Origin: Callorhinchus milii
Taxonomy: Eukaryota
Assembly (NCBI RefSeq): GCF_018977255.1
Contig: NW_024704743.1
Span: 32,366,001-32,430,000 of the forward strand
DNA length: 64,000 bases
Direction: 5' to 3'
The position numbers and the translations under genes were made by a program. Below are positions 51,034-63,363 of this stretch, piece by piece. Position 1 is the stretch's first letter. Each line of letters opens with the position of its first letter. A model generated the notes under the pieces. That model saw only the letters and a program-made list of their open reading frames with translations, made no database searches and was not told the origin of the DNA.

Positions 51034-51222
51034 GTGTTGCATCTGGTGCATCCACTGTTCCTGTTTCTGCGCCAGCGGAAACATTTGCTGGATTTGGTGA
51101 CAAGTTCAAAAAGCCAGAAGGGAGTTGGAGCTGTGAAGCCTGCTTAGTCCAGAACACATCAAATGTATCCAAATGCATAGCTTGTCAAAGTGCGAAACCT
51201 GGCAGCAAAACTGAATTTAAAG
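51034..51222 (+). CDS. NUP153: NUP153 exon 17, zinc finger 4
   Basis: tcctag|..FGDKFKKPEGSWSCEACLVQNTSNVSKCIACQSAKPG..|gtatga; 189 nt, phase 1-1. Confidence 0.96.
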
Positions 51223-51553
51223 GTATGAGCAAGATTGTGCCTCAGCAAGAATGTACTCAATTAAGCAGGCTCTTCAAAATGTACCAGGTGAAGAGCATTG
51301 AATGAGTTTTCAACATCAACTTGCAATTTCTTTGCTCACCCCCATTAACCAAATTAAACCAAGATATTCCACTTGGATACACCCCAATCCCCCCCCAAAC
51401 TATTTTAGGCCCCAAATTGTCAGAGGACAATCAGGAACTGAACCATGTGTTCATGACCACCTGAGCAAGTCAGGTGACCGGATGGCCTCTCTGGCAAGGT
51501 AAGCCCGGCCTGAGCCTAGTAACCAAGTTCTCAAGTGAGCTGTACGTTCTAGT

Positions 51554-51780
51554 AATAATAATAATAATAATCCTTGCATTTGATATAGCGCTTTTCACGT
51601 CGGGAGGACGTCCCAAAGCGCTTCACAGAACACACTGTAAAGTGAATTGACTGTATATTTGTGGGCGAACGCGGCAGCCAATTGCGCACAGCAATGTCCC
51701 ACAAACAGTCGTAGATTGAAAATGACCCAATTTTTTTTTTATTATTGTTTTTTGGTTTTTTTGGAGGGATTATTATTATC
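51554..51780 (-). mobile_element. Young SINE 3' portion
   Basis: Reverse complement of the 33607 family tail. Confidence 0.88.
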
Positions 51781-52085
51781 TTGTTGATACTCGTCAACAA
51801 GGTGATGTCTCACCACTGTAATCATAGACAGACTGCAGACATGGTTGGGAAGAGAGACTGCAGACATGGATGCAGTGGGCATGGAGAGAAGGAATAACAT
51901 GACCAAATCCAGTGGCAGCCGGTTTCATAGCCAAGACCAATAATTTCATAGCCAAGACAATAATAGTATCTCTGCTTCCTCTTGTGAGGGCAGCTCAAAC
52001 TGCAATATCAATCCCAACCAACAGAGGGTCAAAAGCATAGCTGTTGACAGGAAGTACCGATCATTCCCATAATCCTTGACATTGT

Positions 52086-52203
52086 GCGTTCACCCACAAA
52101 TATACAGTCAATTCACTTTACAGTGTGTTCTGTGAAGCGCTTTGGGACGTCCTCCCGACGTGAAAAGCGCTATATCAAATGCAAGGATTATTATTATTAT
52201 TAT
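52086..52203 (+). mobile_element. Young SINE tail
   Basis: Near-identical to the reverse complement of 51554-51672. Confidence 0.88.
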
Positions 52204-52780
52204 GGGTGAGATTTGTTGTGCAAGCCCCTGACAATGAACAGGAGAATCGTTATGGCATTTGCTAGCTCAAGGAGTAGCTGCTTTTAGGACTTGAATGGAG
52301 TATGAATCCACTGCACATGTATGTAGCTGGTTGGAAATCTCCAGGACATTGGGTAGCTGCCTTCACTTGCCGCTGGCTGTGCATATACACCAGAAATTAA
52401 ACAACATTGGCAAAAATCAGATGATCTGAAAGTGGCCATTTTGGCTATCCATATACTAAAAAAAAATGTTTGCCCCTTAGGCACATGTGCAACATTCAGA
52501 ACATAACAATAGCAGTCTGATGGCCTAGAAGCTAGGCATTTTTTTTAAGAGCGGGAGTTGACTCACGTGTAAGAAGTAAGCTGGTTTACTCCAGCTCCGT
52601 CACATTATTCACCTGTATGAAGGGCACCATGTTAATGCAGCATTGCATATTATACATCATCATATGTCAGATCAGTTTAGAGGTTGTTGACATTTTAATT
52701 ACGGTCATCTTGCCTGGCTTGTGTGGGAATCGTGTATATATAATCTGACAGAAGTTGCATTTTTCATTTGTATTTTACAG

Positions 52781-53671
52781 GGTCTGCCTTTTCTGCACTG
52801 TCATCAGTTTCTTCTTCGCCCTTCAAATTTGGCATACAGTCCTCGGCAACAGACCCTTCACAAACCAACAAGATCACTGGAGGATTGAAGTTTGGAGATA
52901 AGGGCGGTTTTAAATTGGGAAATCAGAGTGGTTTTAAATTTGGTGCGTCAGATGCTAGTTCATCTTCAGATGTCTCTGGAGGAATTAAGTTTGAGGCTGC
53001 AGGGGGTATCAAATTTGGGAATGTTTCAAAAGAACAACCTCTGGAGGAAAGCAAAAAGGATAATACTCAAACCTCTAGCAGTGGGTTTAAGTTTGGCTTT
53101 TCTGTCACTACTGGCAACCAAGCTTCAACAGTCACTAAATTTGGTGCAGCAGAAGCCAATCAACAAGATAAGAAAGATGAAACCAATGAAGTTGTGTTTG
53201 GGGGCTTTAAGTTTGGTTCCAGTGGAACATCAGCAAAATCGGAGGACAAAGGAGTTAAAGGTGGCTATACATTTGGCTCAGAGGACAAAAAGGAATCTCA
53301 GTTTGTGCTTGGCAAGCAAGAGGAGAAAAAAGAAGCAACGGCAGTGAGTGAGTTTGGCTTTGGAAACCCGATGAATAAGGACTCTGTAGCGGCTTCACCT
53401 TTTCTATTTAGAAAAGCAGCTGAAAAGAAAGACTCTCTGACCTCTGCACCATTTATGTTTGGTAAAAGAAAACAGGTTGAAGAAGCAGGATCTCAGTCTG
53501 ATGTTTCTTTTAAAACCCCGGAGAAAACCAAAGAAGTTAAATTGGCGCCTATGTTTGATTCTTCTAAACAAGAAACTAAGTCTGGATTCACTTTCAACTT
53601 AGCTGAGAAAAGCGAACCAGCAGAATCTGTCTCACAAGGATTTTTATTTGGGCCGGCAGTAAATGCATCAG
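52781..53671 (+). CDS. NUP153: NUP153 exon 18, FxFG repeat region
   Basis: ttacag|..FKFG, FKLG, IKFG, YTFG, FGFG, FMFG, FLFG..|gtaaga; 891 nt. Confidence 0.95.
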
Positions 53672-53839
53672 GTAAGAAAAGATTAGACTGGTCTGCTCTG
53701 ATATTGTCCAGCAGATGGGTTCTCGGGAATGATGACCTTTTCTCAATCTGGACATGCTGTTAACATGCAGAACACAACCACTAATGGTTCCTCAAGTCAT
53801 CAGTATAATGGTTCAGTAATCTAAAAGATGACTATACAT

Positions 53840-53952
53840 ACATGTATATATGTTTTGTGTATATATTTTGTATATCTATATGTATATATAGTGTGTGTGT
53901 GTGTATATATGTGTGTGTGTGTATATGTATGTGTGTGTATATTTTATATATG
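53840..53952. repeat. (TA)/(TG) compound microsatellite
   Basis: Alternating TA/TG tracts. Confidence 0.85.
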
Positions 53953-56174
53953 ATCAGATTTTAAAGTCCAGTTTAAGGAAAGCAGTAGTTCCACTGAATG
54001 GACTTATCATAGCCGGTGTTTCAATTTAAGATATGGACATTGTTCACCTTCCACCCTACCAGCTTTTCTTGACTAATACTAATCACTTTGCTGTCCTTCG
54101 GACCCCTTGGACAGGGCTCTGTATGTGTACAATGCAAATAGGCAGAGCTGCACTTTGTTTTCAAAGAGTGCACACTACAAACCAGGCAGTTTAACTCTAC
54201 TTCAGGTGCCAGTTTAATACCAACACCTGCATTAGAATTACTCAGAAGATTCATCTGACCAATAAATATGTCAAGTGACTAAATATTTTTTGGAGTTTTA
54301 CTGGGGTATTAGCAAGAAAATACGTTGAAGTCTTGTTATTCCAGTTTAATCAACCATCAAGACACATTTAAGTACCTGATACTTTTTATGTATAGCTGTT
54401 ATAGTTACAGATATTTTTTCTGCTGAATGTCCATGTCTGCTCAATGGCAATTTTGTTTAAATTATAAAATGTTATCAAATCCACAGGATTTTTGCACTGA
54501 GAATCAAATTTTGCACTTGTTTTTGAACTTGTGGTGGGATTTCTTTTAAAGTATTGGGATCAAAAGATTGGAGGGGGGTCACAAGCCAGTGACTCAAGCA
54601 GGAGTAGAAATTGATCTGATGGTAATGAGCATTTCACCTGGACTTAGTGAGGAATCAAAAATGATTGAGGGAAAAGGGAGTCTGCATTCTGAGAAGAGTT
54701 GGGGAGAGATGAGGATTGGTGCTGTGTGAGAAAAATTACAGAGAAAGAAGGAATAATCACTGTGTAAGGAGATTTGGAGAGATCACTGTGATAAGACAGA
54801 GGAGAGAGCTGACTGGCACTGTGTGAGGATACAGGAAGAGTGAAGAGGTATTATGTGGCAGTTCATTTTAAAGTACAAGGCTATTCTCTCTGACGTAACC
54901 CTAATTCTGAAACTGCTATTCAGAATTCCCCCATGAAACAGACTGTCCTAGTCCAGCTCCAGTTCACTGAAGAGCTTTCCTCGTCTCACTCGTGAAGTGG
55001 CATCTGTTCGATTCAAACTTCAGAAATCATTCAAATTCCCTTCCATTTTATTTACAACCTTTCCATTCTTTTTCTGTCACTTTATCATTCCTCTTGTGCT
55101 TTTTTTCTTTCCTTTTATAGTGCACGTAACATTTTGCAAGAGTTCAATCAACTTTCCTCCTTATTGAGGGCCTTCTTAAAGGGCAACTTTTGTGTAGGGG
55201 TAAGTACAGTGAATGATGTGTGCTTAACCCTACATCTGTCCTGTGCCCTTTAAGTCCTGTTTTAAATGGGCTCACTGGTGGAGCCCTGTGTACATCCATT
55301 TTACTAGAGCAGACAATACAGTGGTTACAGACAGTTAGGGCAGTGCAGCCAATCTACAGAACTCAGATTTGTTTCACTGACAATACTTGGGAGTTCAATC
55401 GTGCCTTTGTCTTGTCTCTACCCAGTTCTTCCATTCATTGGTGTGAATTATGTTGACACAACTAGTAGCAACATTAAATGTCTAATTAGAAATGGTTATC
55501 ATTTGCACCTTTGGTCCTGGAGAAGAATTTTCAACCAAATTTTGACCATACAGCTACCATCAAGGGGCCACGTTATTTCTGACCTAGGGCTTAATGTTTC
55601 AACATTTAGTGTGCATGCATGTATATATGTAAAATTAAGGTTTCATCTCTTGTTCGTGGATTTTCATTTACTTACTTTCCAGATAAAATTGGTCATTCAT
55701 TTTATCGGTAACAGCAACTTGCATTTATATAGCGCCCTTCACATTATATAGCATCTCCGAGCACTTCAGAACTTCATATGGGACATTGCTGTGCCAAGTT
55801 GGCTGCCATGTGTGCCCACAAAGCCCACAGCCGCTCGACTTTATGGTATATTTTGAGATGTCCTCCTGATGTGAAAGGCTCTATGTCAAATGTAAGGATT
55901 ATTTGTTTTGAATGTTTTGTAAATCTCCTGATGTAAGTCTGCCTAGATACAATATATACAACATATTAACAAATTCATGCTACTCTGAATTTATGGTTGT
56001 TTGTGCCTGGTGACAGAGACTCTCTTCTCCCATTCCCAGGAAAGGGTGGGGGGGGGAGAGATTTTCCCCAAAAATGTGTGCAGAATGGGATTTTTTCAGT
56101 CTTAAGCAGTGTATTGCTAGGTACAGGATAGCCATGGATTGGATTTTACCCTGACTTTTCCCTTTATCCTCCAG

Positions 56175-56543
56175 AACAAGGAGCTGTGAAGCCAACCTTC
56201 AACCTGTTCGGCAACACTTCTTCCTCATCCACTGCGACAAACCCTGGGGTTTCCAAACCTTCCAGTATATTTGGAAGTTCTGCATCCGCATCAACCACAC
56301 CGTTTTTGTTTAGACAGACCAACACCACTGCTGGTAGTACCAGTGTTGGAAGTGGCTCAGAATCAACTGTTCCTGCACCTAAGCCATTTTTATTTGGCTC
56401 ACAGGAGGTCAAACCCACACCCACCACATCGAGTATAGGAGCCCCACCTGCACCCTTCTCATTTGGCTCCACACCCAGCAACAGCAACACTACATCATCT
56501 GTGTTTGCATTTCGAGCTCCAGCTACAACATCTAATTCAACAG
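56175..56543 (+). CDS. NUP153: NUP153 exon 19
   Basis: ctccag|EQGAVKPTFNLFG...PFLFG...PFSFG...NST+G|gtaaag. Confidence 0.93.
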
Positions 56544-57094
56544 GTAAAGAATACTCAATGTGTCAAAGGATACCTTGCAGGTTATTTTTAAATTAATGTA
56601 CTTTCTGGATTGCTGAGCAAGCATTTTGAGCTATGTAGAGCAGCAGTAAAAACATTACAGTAAACTATTGATAACTTGACCTTGGCTTAATTTGTCACTA
56701 CCATTAATTCATCATGTTGCAGGTTGTACCAGTGTTGGAATTATCTGTCTATCCTGGCTGCATTTATTTATGTATTTATGCATATGCCTAACTCGCCACT
56801 CTGAATAACTCGTCACTGAATCCTTTCCGGTTAGAGTAACGAATCATAAGGAATTCCTGTAGTAGCTATGGCTAGAGGTCTGTCCCACATACATCTTGTT
56901 TATTGACTTAACTGGATGTCAGTACTTTCAGACCAGACGAAAGATTATCCAAATGTCTGAATGAGATGGTTTCTGCTGGCTGTTTAAAGAAGTAAAGAAG
57001 TTGAAAATGTATAATATTGCAATGTTTAGATAAAGTGGATTATCTGCAGACGTTTGTTCATTCAGCAAAATATATTGTATGTTCTGCTTCACAG

Positions 57095-57370
57095 GTTCCT
57101 CCTCAAGCTCTGCCTTTGGGTTGGGATCCAATTCTTTGGTTACAGCAAATCCGCCAGCATTTGGTACCAGTCAGGCCCCTGCGTTTGGACAAAGTACTAA
57201 CCAGCCACCTGCTGCCTTTGGTTCATCTACTGCGCCTACATTTCCATTCTTAACTGGCTGTCCACCATCCGCCTTTAGTTCACAGTCGACCAGTAGCCAA
57301 CCATCGCTGTTTGGAGGACAGTTATCCAACCAGCCGCCCTCATTTGGTTCCACTTCATCTACTACCTCAA
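57095..57370 (+). CDS. NUP153: NUP153 exon 20
   Basis: tcacag|SSSSSAFGLG..PPAFG..APAFG..PPSFG..|gtgagt. Confidence 0.93.
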
Positions 57371-57684
57371 GTGAGTATATGTAATATCCACCAATGTTCT
57401 ACCTGTGTTTGTGCATTTTTTTTCCCTTGGGTTTACTACATAATTAGAGTAAAAGGAAATTTTATTTCTAGCTTTAAAATGTTACAACGTTCATTGCTCC
57501 TTTATTATTTTAGGTAAAAGTGAGCAGAAATAATTTCAGTGTTACAAAACACCCCTGCGAAAAGAGAATAGTGTGGAAAATGTTATACACAGAAGTGTAC
57601 TTTTATATAGAAAAAATTAAATCTTAAGTTTAAATAAATAATTGATTCTATACAAACATTTATATACGCCTGAAGACCTTCCTC

Positions 57685-58292
57685 TTCGGCTATGGGAATT
57701 CTCTCCTCGCCGGCCTTCCCGCCACCTCCCTCCACAAGCTGCAGGTCATTCAGAACTCTGCAGCTCGTGTACTGTCCCGCACCAGGCTTCGCGACCACAT
57801 CACTCCCACCCTCGCTCGCCTCCACTGGCTCCCCATCCCCCAGAGGATCGAATTCAAGATCCTCACCCTCACCTACAAGGCCATTCACGGCCTTGCTCCC
57901 TCCTACCTCTCCGACCTACTATCCCCCTACCTACCCGCCCGTACTCTCCGTTCCTCTGGCTCCGGTCTGCTCCACATCACCCGCCCCAACCGCCCTACCA
58001 TCGGTGGCCGGGCCTTCAGCCTCTCAGCCCCGAGGCTCTGGAACTCCATCCCCCAGTGCCTTCGCCGCCTCCTCCCTTTCCTCCTTCAAGGCCGGTCTCA
58101 AGACCTTTCTCTTTGACCGTGCCTTCAGTTCCCCTCTCGACTCTCTACCCCCTCCTCGCTCCCTCCCTTCTCTCCCCTCACCCTGACCATTTCCCCCCTG
58201 CTCGGGTCCTGAACCCAACTGTACAGCGCCTTGGGACGTCCTCCCGACGTGAAAGGCGCTCAATAAATGGAATCTTGTTCTTGTTGTTGTTG
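57685..58292 (+). mobile_element. Young L2 LINE 3' end
   Basis: Well-preserved LQVIQNSAARVL..HITPTLARLHWLPIPQRIEFKIL frame plus tail and (TTG)n. Confidence 0.9.
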
Positions 58293-58585
58293 ACTGTGCT
58301 TCCAGTCATCTTCCCTGACTCAATATCAGGCCCTGCCACAATTAAAGGGCACAGATCACATCAAGAGTGCTATATAAATGCAAGTTTTACAACCACTTTC
58401 AAATCAGGAGGCTGTCTCAAAATGTTTCACAGCATATATTGTATGGAGTGTAACGACTGATTTTTTTTAAGGCTACAAGCAAGATCTTTTTCAATGCAGC
58501 GGTTGTCTGACTTTCTCAGTACTGGCAACCAAGCTTAGCATGTGGCTTGTTCAAAGACTTTCTAATGTATGTGTTTGATTTGCAG

Positions 58586-58754
58586 GTAACAGCTTCCAGT
58601 TTGGGAACAGTGGTACTGGTGCCAGTTTTACCTTCAATGCCACCAATTCATCGAATGAGGTATTTAAATTTGGATCAAGTTCAACAGGAGCACCACAGCA
58701 GCTGGTTCCCACTGGAAACTTTCCATTCAACCAAGCCCCTGCATTTTCTCCTGG
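58586..58754 (+). CDS. NUP153: NUP153 exon 21
   Basis: ttgcag|NSFQFGNSGTGASFTFNATNSSNEVFKFGSSST...NFPFNQAPAFSP+GG|gtaaga. Confidence 0.92.
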
Positions 58755-59401
58755 GTAAGACAGTCATGTACGGTGTGAAGATGCTTTCTAGTGCAACTGA
58801 ATGCTACTTGCAATGGTGTTGATTGGTGGGTGCCCGTAGACACAGGAGACTCCAATTTCTGAAGGGGAAAGAAGCCTGTCATTATACAGAGGTTGGCGAG
58901 GAAGCTACGCATCAGGAAGCAACAAGTTACAGTTCAGCCGCACAATCAAGAGCTCCCCTTTGTACTTCTAACCAGTAACCAGCTAGTTGACAATAAAGCA
59001 AAATTGATTTGCGGAGTTTCCTTTTCCTTTTTGCAGAGCAGGCATTTTGTAAGGGCTCGGGTGGTATTTGTCTTTAAAATTGGAACTACAAAGAAATCAG
59101 GTGTAAAGGCAGGCAGGCTTCCTCAATCTCTCATGCAGTGGTTTGGAACCATAAAATCCCAACCCATGCATGCCATCCAGCTCGCTGCCAGTGCCACAAT
59201 CTGTTCCCAAGCTAAAATAGAAGGCAAATTCTGAATCATACGGTTGTCTCCAGCATCACTTTCTGCTTTGCGCAGGTGCAGCATACAGAAAGTGACATCA
59301 ATGCAACCTGATGACCCAGAAGTTTGCCATTTTGGTGTAAAGGCCAGATGGGGCTTGGGAAGTGAACAGGCCAACAGCAGGCAAATACAGTGAATATGAT
59401 G

Positions 59402-60715
59402 CATCTGCAAATGTGACTGAATTTGTGCTTTTAAAAAAAACCTCTATGAAAGGAATACACTTTCATAAGAAACTTCAGTCAGTGCTTTATTTCGAAATGT
59501 TTGGCTGTTTGTGCGACATTGCTATGTGCATCTTGGAAGTTGCATTTGCCCACCAAATCACTTTGCAGTATGGAGCACTGATGAGGCCATGGACACAAAA
59601 AGCCAATTGGCAGGGAAGCAAATGGTCGACGTCTGGTTTATCAGGTCACTTGGTGTCTCTGGCTACACATGTATGGTGTGTAAGCAGTGATGGTAGTGAC
59701 CTGATGACCTGCAAGTCACCCATTTTGGCTTTCCTGTACTGGCTGGTGTTTCACATGCATGCAATGAACTCGACCTGTGAAATTTCAGTAAGTAATTCAT
59801 CAATTTCCATCTCTTTTTTTCAATCAATTTTAACGGCTTGGGCATTTTTTCTATACCAATTATTTGTAGAACTTTTTGCAACGTTAAAGTTTCCTCTTTC
59901 AAGAGCTAGCTGCGGATTTCTTTATCTTTCAATTCTATTACAATTTGATCCCTGATCATCTCTTCTCTTAAAGCTCCATAATTACATTGTTTATTTAGTA
60001 ATTCTAATACCGCACAGTATTGATGAAATATTTGCGTAGCCCTTGCTTCCTTGTTCCAAATTTGTTTATCTACTGTGACATTGTTATGTCCACAACATCT
60101 TTCCCACATGACTTCTACGATCGTATCTAACGCCCTGTCCACATTTCTCCGTAGTTGCAAAGTAATCCTTGCTTCTTCTCCTGCCGTATTTATGAAAATA
60201 GCTGACTGCTGTATTTGGCAATTTCTTCACATTTGAGGCTAGTGCAAATATTTCAAAATCCCACTTCTGACACCATGTCATGTTCTCAACACTCAATGAG
60301 CAGAAAACTCTTATTCTCAATCATCTGCAAATATGATTGAATTTGTGCTTTTAAAAAACCTCTATGACAGGAATACACTGTTAAGAAACTTCAGTCAGTG
60401 CTTTATCTCGAAATGTTTGGCTGTCTGTGGGACATTGCTATGTGCAACTTGGAAGCTGCATTTGCCCATCAAATTACTTTGCAGTATGGAGCACTGGTTA
60501 GCCCATGGACACAAAAAGCCAATTGGCAGGGAAGCAAATGGTCAATGTCTGTCTGGTTTATCAGTCACTCGGTGTCTCTGGCTGCACATGTATGGTGTGT
60601 AAGCAGTGATGGTAGTGACCTGATGACCTGCGAGTCACCCATTTTGGCTTTCCTGTACTGGCTGGTGTTGCACTCACATGCAATGAACTCGACCTGTGAA
60701 ATTTCAATAAGTAAA
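59402..60715. repeat. Pair of ~390-bp direct repeats (59402-59795 and 60322-60715)
   Basis: Both start CATCTGCAAAT and end TGTGAAATTTCARTAAGTAA, with high similarity throughout. Confidence 0.92.
59796..60321 (-). mobile_element. Ty3/Gypsy gag-like remnant
   Basis: Broken frames give W..WDFEIFALAS, NVTVDKQIWN, CNYGALREEMIRDQIVIELKDKEIR, EETLTLQKV. Confidence 0.7.
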
Positions 60716-60869
60716 TAGCGAGGACCAAGCCTCAAGTGTTCAACAAACGGACCCACATTCTTATGAGACACTGGAGTTTTACAGTACAAGAAGTTAAACG
60801 TCAGTATGTTAACAGCATTTTGCTTGCACATAAGTTAATTGTAACGTGTTCTTTTTCTCTCTTGGACAG

Positions 60870-60963
60870 GGCTGTTGGCACCAATCCTTTCTCTGCATCA
60901 TCTGGCGGACGTTCAACTGTCGCTGGACGGAAGATAAAGACTGCTGTTAGACGCAAGAAATAG
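60870..60963 (+). CDS. NUP153: NUP153 exon 22 (coding part)
   Basis: ggacag|AVGTNPFSASSGGRSTVAGRKIKTAVRRKK* (TAG TAG). Confidence 0.96.
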
Positions 60964-61975
60964 TAGCTACAGTTCTTAAACGCAAAGCTAATTATTGAAA
61001 ATGTATTTTCTATAAAAAGCTGGTGCCCTACATTAATAGCTGAGTTGTACCTCTTTCTAGGCTTTTGTCAAATCTGCCTAGGACCATCTGAACTTGCATT
61101 TAATGGTTGCTGCTTTTAGTTGCCTGGTGATGGGTGAACCGTAGATTTTTTTTTGGTGAGAACCCAGCAGTGTCATTAGTTAAGGACTTGGCATGGTCTG
61201 GCTACAAACCACAAAGTGAATGGCTTTGTACATTGATACCTCTTCATCTGCACCACTAGATATTGTTCATAACCCACCTAATTGTACTGAAAAATTTTGT
61301 ACAGACTGAAGAGCATTGGTGAGAATAGGGACTGAAGATTCTGCAAAGGTTTTCATCATCGTGTGTGTGAAGTATGTGAATGTGTAGATGTTGAATGGAT
61401 GGCCTGTTGTGCACTGATGTTTTCTGACTGCGGACTGATTGAAGAATCATACTCTGAGGACTTTTAATGAATTGTCTTCATTTCATAGAACATGTGCTTT
61501 TTTAAATTCTGTTATGCTTTTTTTTTTGAATTGCTTATTTCATCTTATTACAAACTATTATGTAAATATACTATGATTTTCACTCAATCTACCATTCTTG
61601 GACAAAAATACAAAAATCTGTGAACTTGAATTTTTTGTTATAGCAGTATGTTTTTTGTTCAGTATTGTCGATTAGAAGATTTTATTATGTAAATCTCATT
61701 ATTCAAAGTTGCCTAAATCCATTTAGCATCCTTTCTGATAAAATTGGGGACTCTTTAAAGTTTGAGTATTGGCTTTTGTGATCCACTTTTGTTTGGACCA
61801 AAACAGTGTTGTACAAAGTATTAACTATATATTTTTATATTTGTTTAAATGGACTGTGGTGACTTTGGATAATAAGGAGAACAATTTAATATTAAAGCCA
61901 TGTTTATTACTGTATGATTAACAAAACCATGGGATAAACGCCATCAATAAAAATTACGAAATAGTAAAAAGACAT
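60964..61975 (+). other. NUP153: NUP153 3' UTR
   Basis: Repeat-free AU-rich sequence; TGTAAATA (Pumilio element) at 61561-61568; ends at poly(A) signals. Confidence 0.75.
61891..61951 (+). terminator. Tandem polyadenylation signals
   Basis: ATTAAA 61891-61896 and AATAAA 61946-61951, followed by a T/GT-rich tract near 61975-61985. Confidence 0.7.
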
Positions 61976-63330
61976 TTTGTTCTGTGAATATAGCTTCTGT
62001 ATCGTGGAAATTCAGTACTTTTGCTGGTGTTTATTAAGTAAATGGTGCATTTTTTTGTCTTGGCTAATTTTAGTTGACTATTTTGAACAGCATAGCAAAA
62101 GAAACATGACCTTCAGTTACACTTGAAATCAGATACCTGTTTCCACATTTTATACTATGTGGATAACTTGTACTCTGCTCATTTTAAGTTACAGTCGGCA
62201 AGTGACATTGCCTCTGAAAGGAATGAGTGAGTACTATGGCTTCATTTCTAAGATTGCTCCTTAACTTCTGCAGTTACATGAGAGGGAGAAATTCACCTGG
62301 TCATCTCTCTATTTGAGAGAACAAAAGGTATGCGTGCACAACTTGCATTTTACATCTCCTGTAACATCAGTGTCTTATGGCACTTTACAGTAATCCATGA
62401 AGTTCTTGTCTGAGATGATGAGGTGGTCTTGCCAACAATACTAGGTATCTCAAAGTGCTTCACAGGATTTACTGTGAAGTGTAGTGACTTTATTTTTTAC
62501 ATGAAGATGGCAGCATATTTGTGCACATCCATGAAATTAATTTATGGGTGGATAGGGGGGTGGCTAGGACACTGGGACGGACATTCATCCAATCAATCAG
62601 ATTAGTATGATGCACAAAAAGAAAATTGTCTTGAATGGTGGCAAAGTATTTTGTGTGTATCTGGCAGCTTGTTTTCAGACCTTCTAAAGTGAAGATATGC
62701 TGCTAGTCACAAAAAAGTTTTTGATACCATTCAAACTCTTGACCTTTTTAGTGGATCATAATTTCAGGCTCAAAAGGCATCCTACTTGAAGTCAACTCTG
62801 CCATTTCTCCTACTCTATATTCTCCAACTTCACCCAAGGAAGAAAAAACATCTCTTCAGTTCCCACACCTGAAGATATTTTTAGAAATGGTAAATTTCAA
62901 GTATAAATTCTGTTCTGTACAGTTGTCTGATCTCATTTGGGCCTTAACCCACAAAATATACAGACACTGTACAGTATGTTCTGTGAAGTGCTTTGAGATG
63001 TCTCGAAGATGTGAAAAGGCGCTATATAAAATGTAAGGATTACTATTACCCCTCTGCCTTGTGATTCAGATAAATGTGGAGGAATCCCCACTATTACTAT
63101 TTCAATGACGCACAGATTTCGTTCCTCCTGGTTCTCCCAGTTTTCATAATCCAAATTCATACTTCATTCAATTTAATTTGCAACGCAACTAATTGTAATT
63201 TAGTGGGTGCTGCTGGTGCAAATTACTGTAGCTGTTGTGTTTACTATTTAATGCCATTCACTTAATTTCTAAATAATTTCATTCTGCAATTTGTTCCAAG
63301 AGATTTGTTTTATGAGAAATGCACCATATT

Positions 63331-63363
<33 letters not shown>

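Larger units (their letters stand above)
11030..60963 (+). other. NUP153: NUP153 gene, complete coding span, 22 coding exons, ~1481 aa
   Basis: Exons join in frame with GT-AG introns (sum 4446 nt). Diagnostic motifs: GGKIRNRR, KNIVPGWLQKYF, GDSPFYPGKTTYGGA, TARRILQSLEKMSSPLADAKRIP, four W-x-C-x2-C-x3-N-x6-C-x2-C fingers, FxFG repeats, RKIKTAVRRKK. Confidence 0.98.

Noticed and set aside
59362..59955. 197-aa + strand ORF in intron 21
   Set aside because: Runs through the direct repeat and antisense gag; the frame is not preserved in the second repeat copy.
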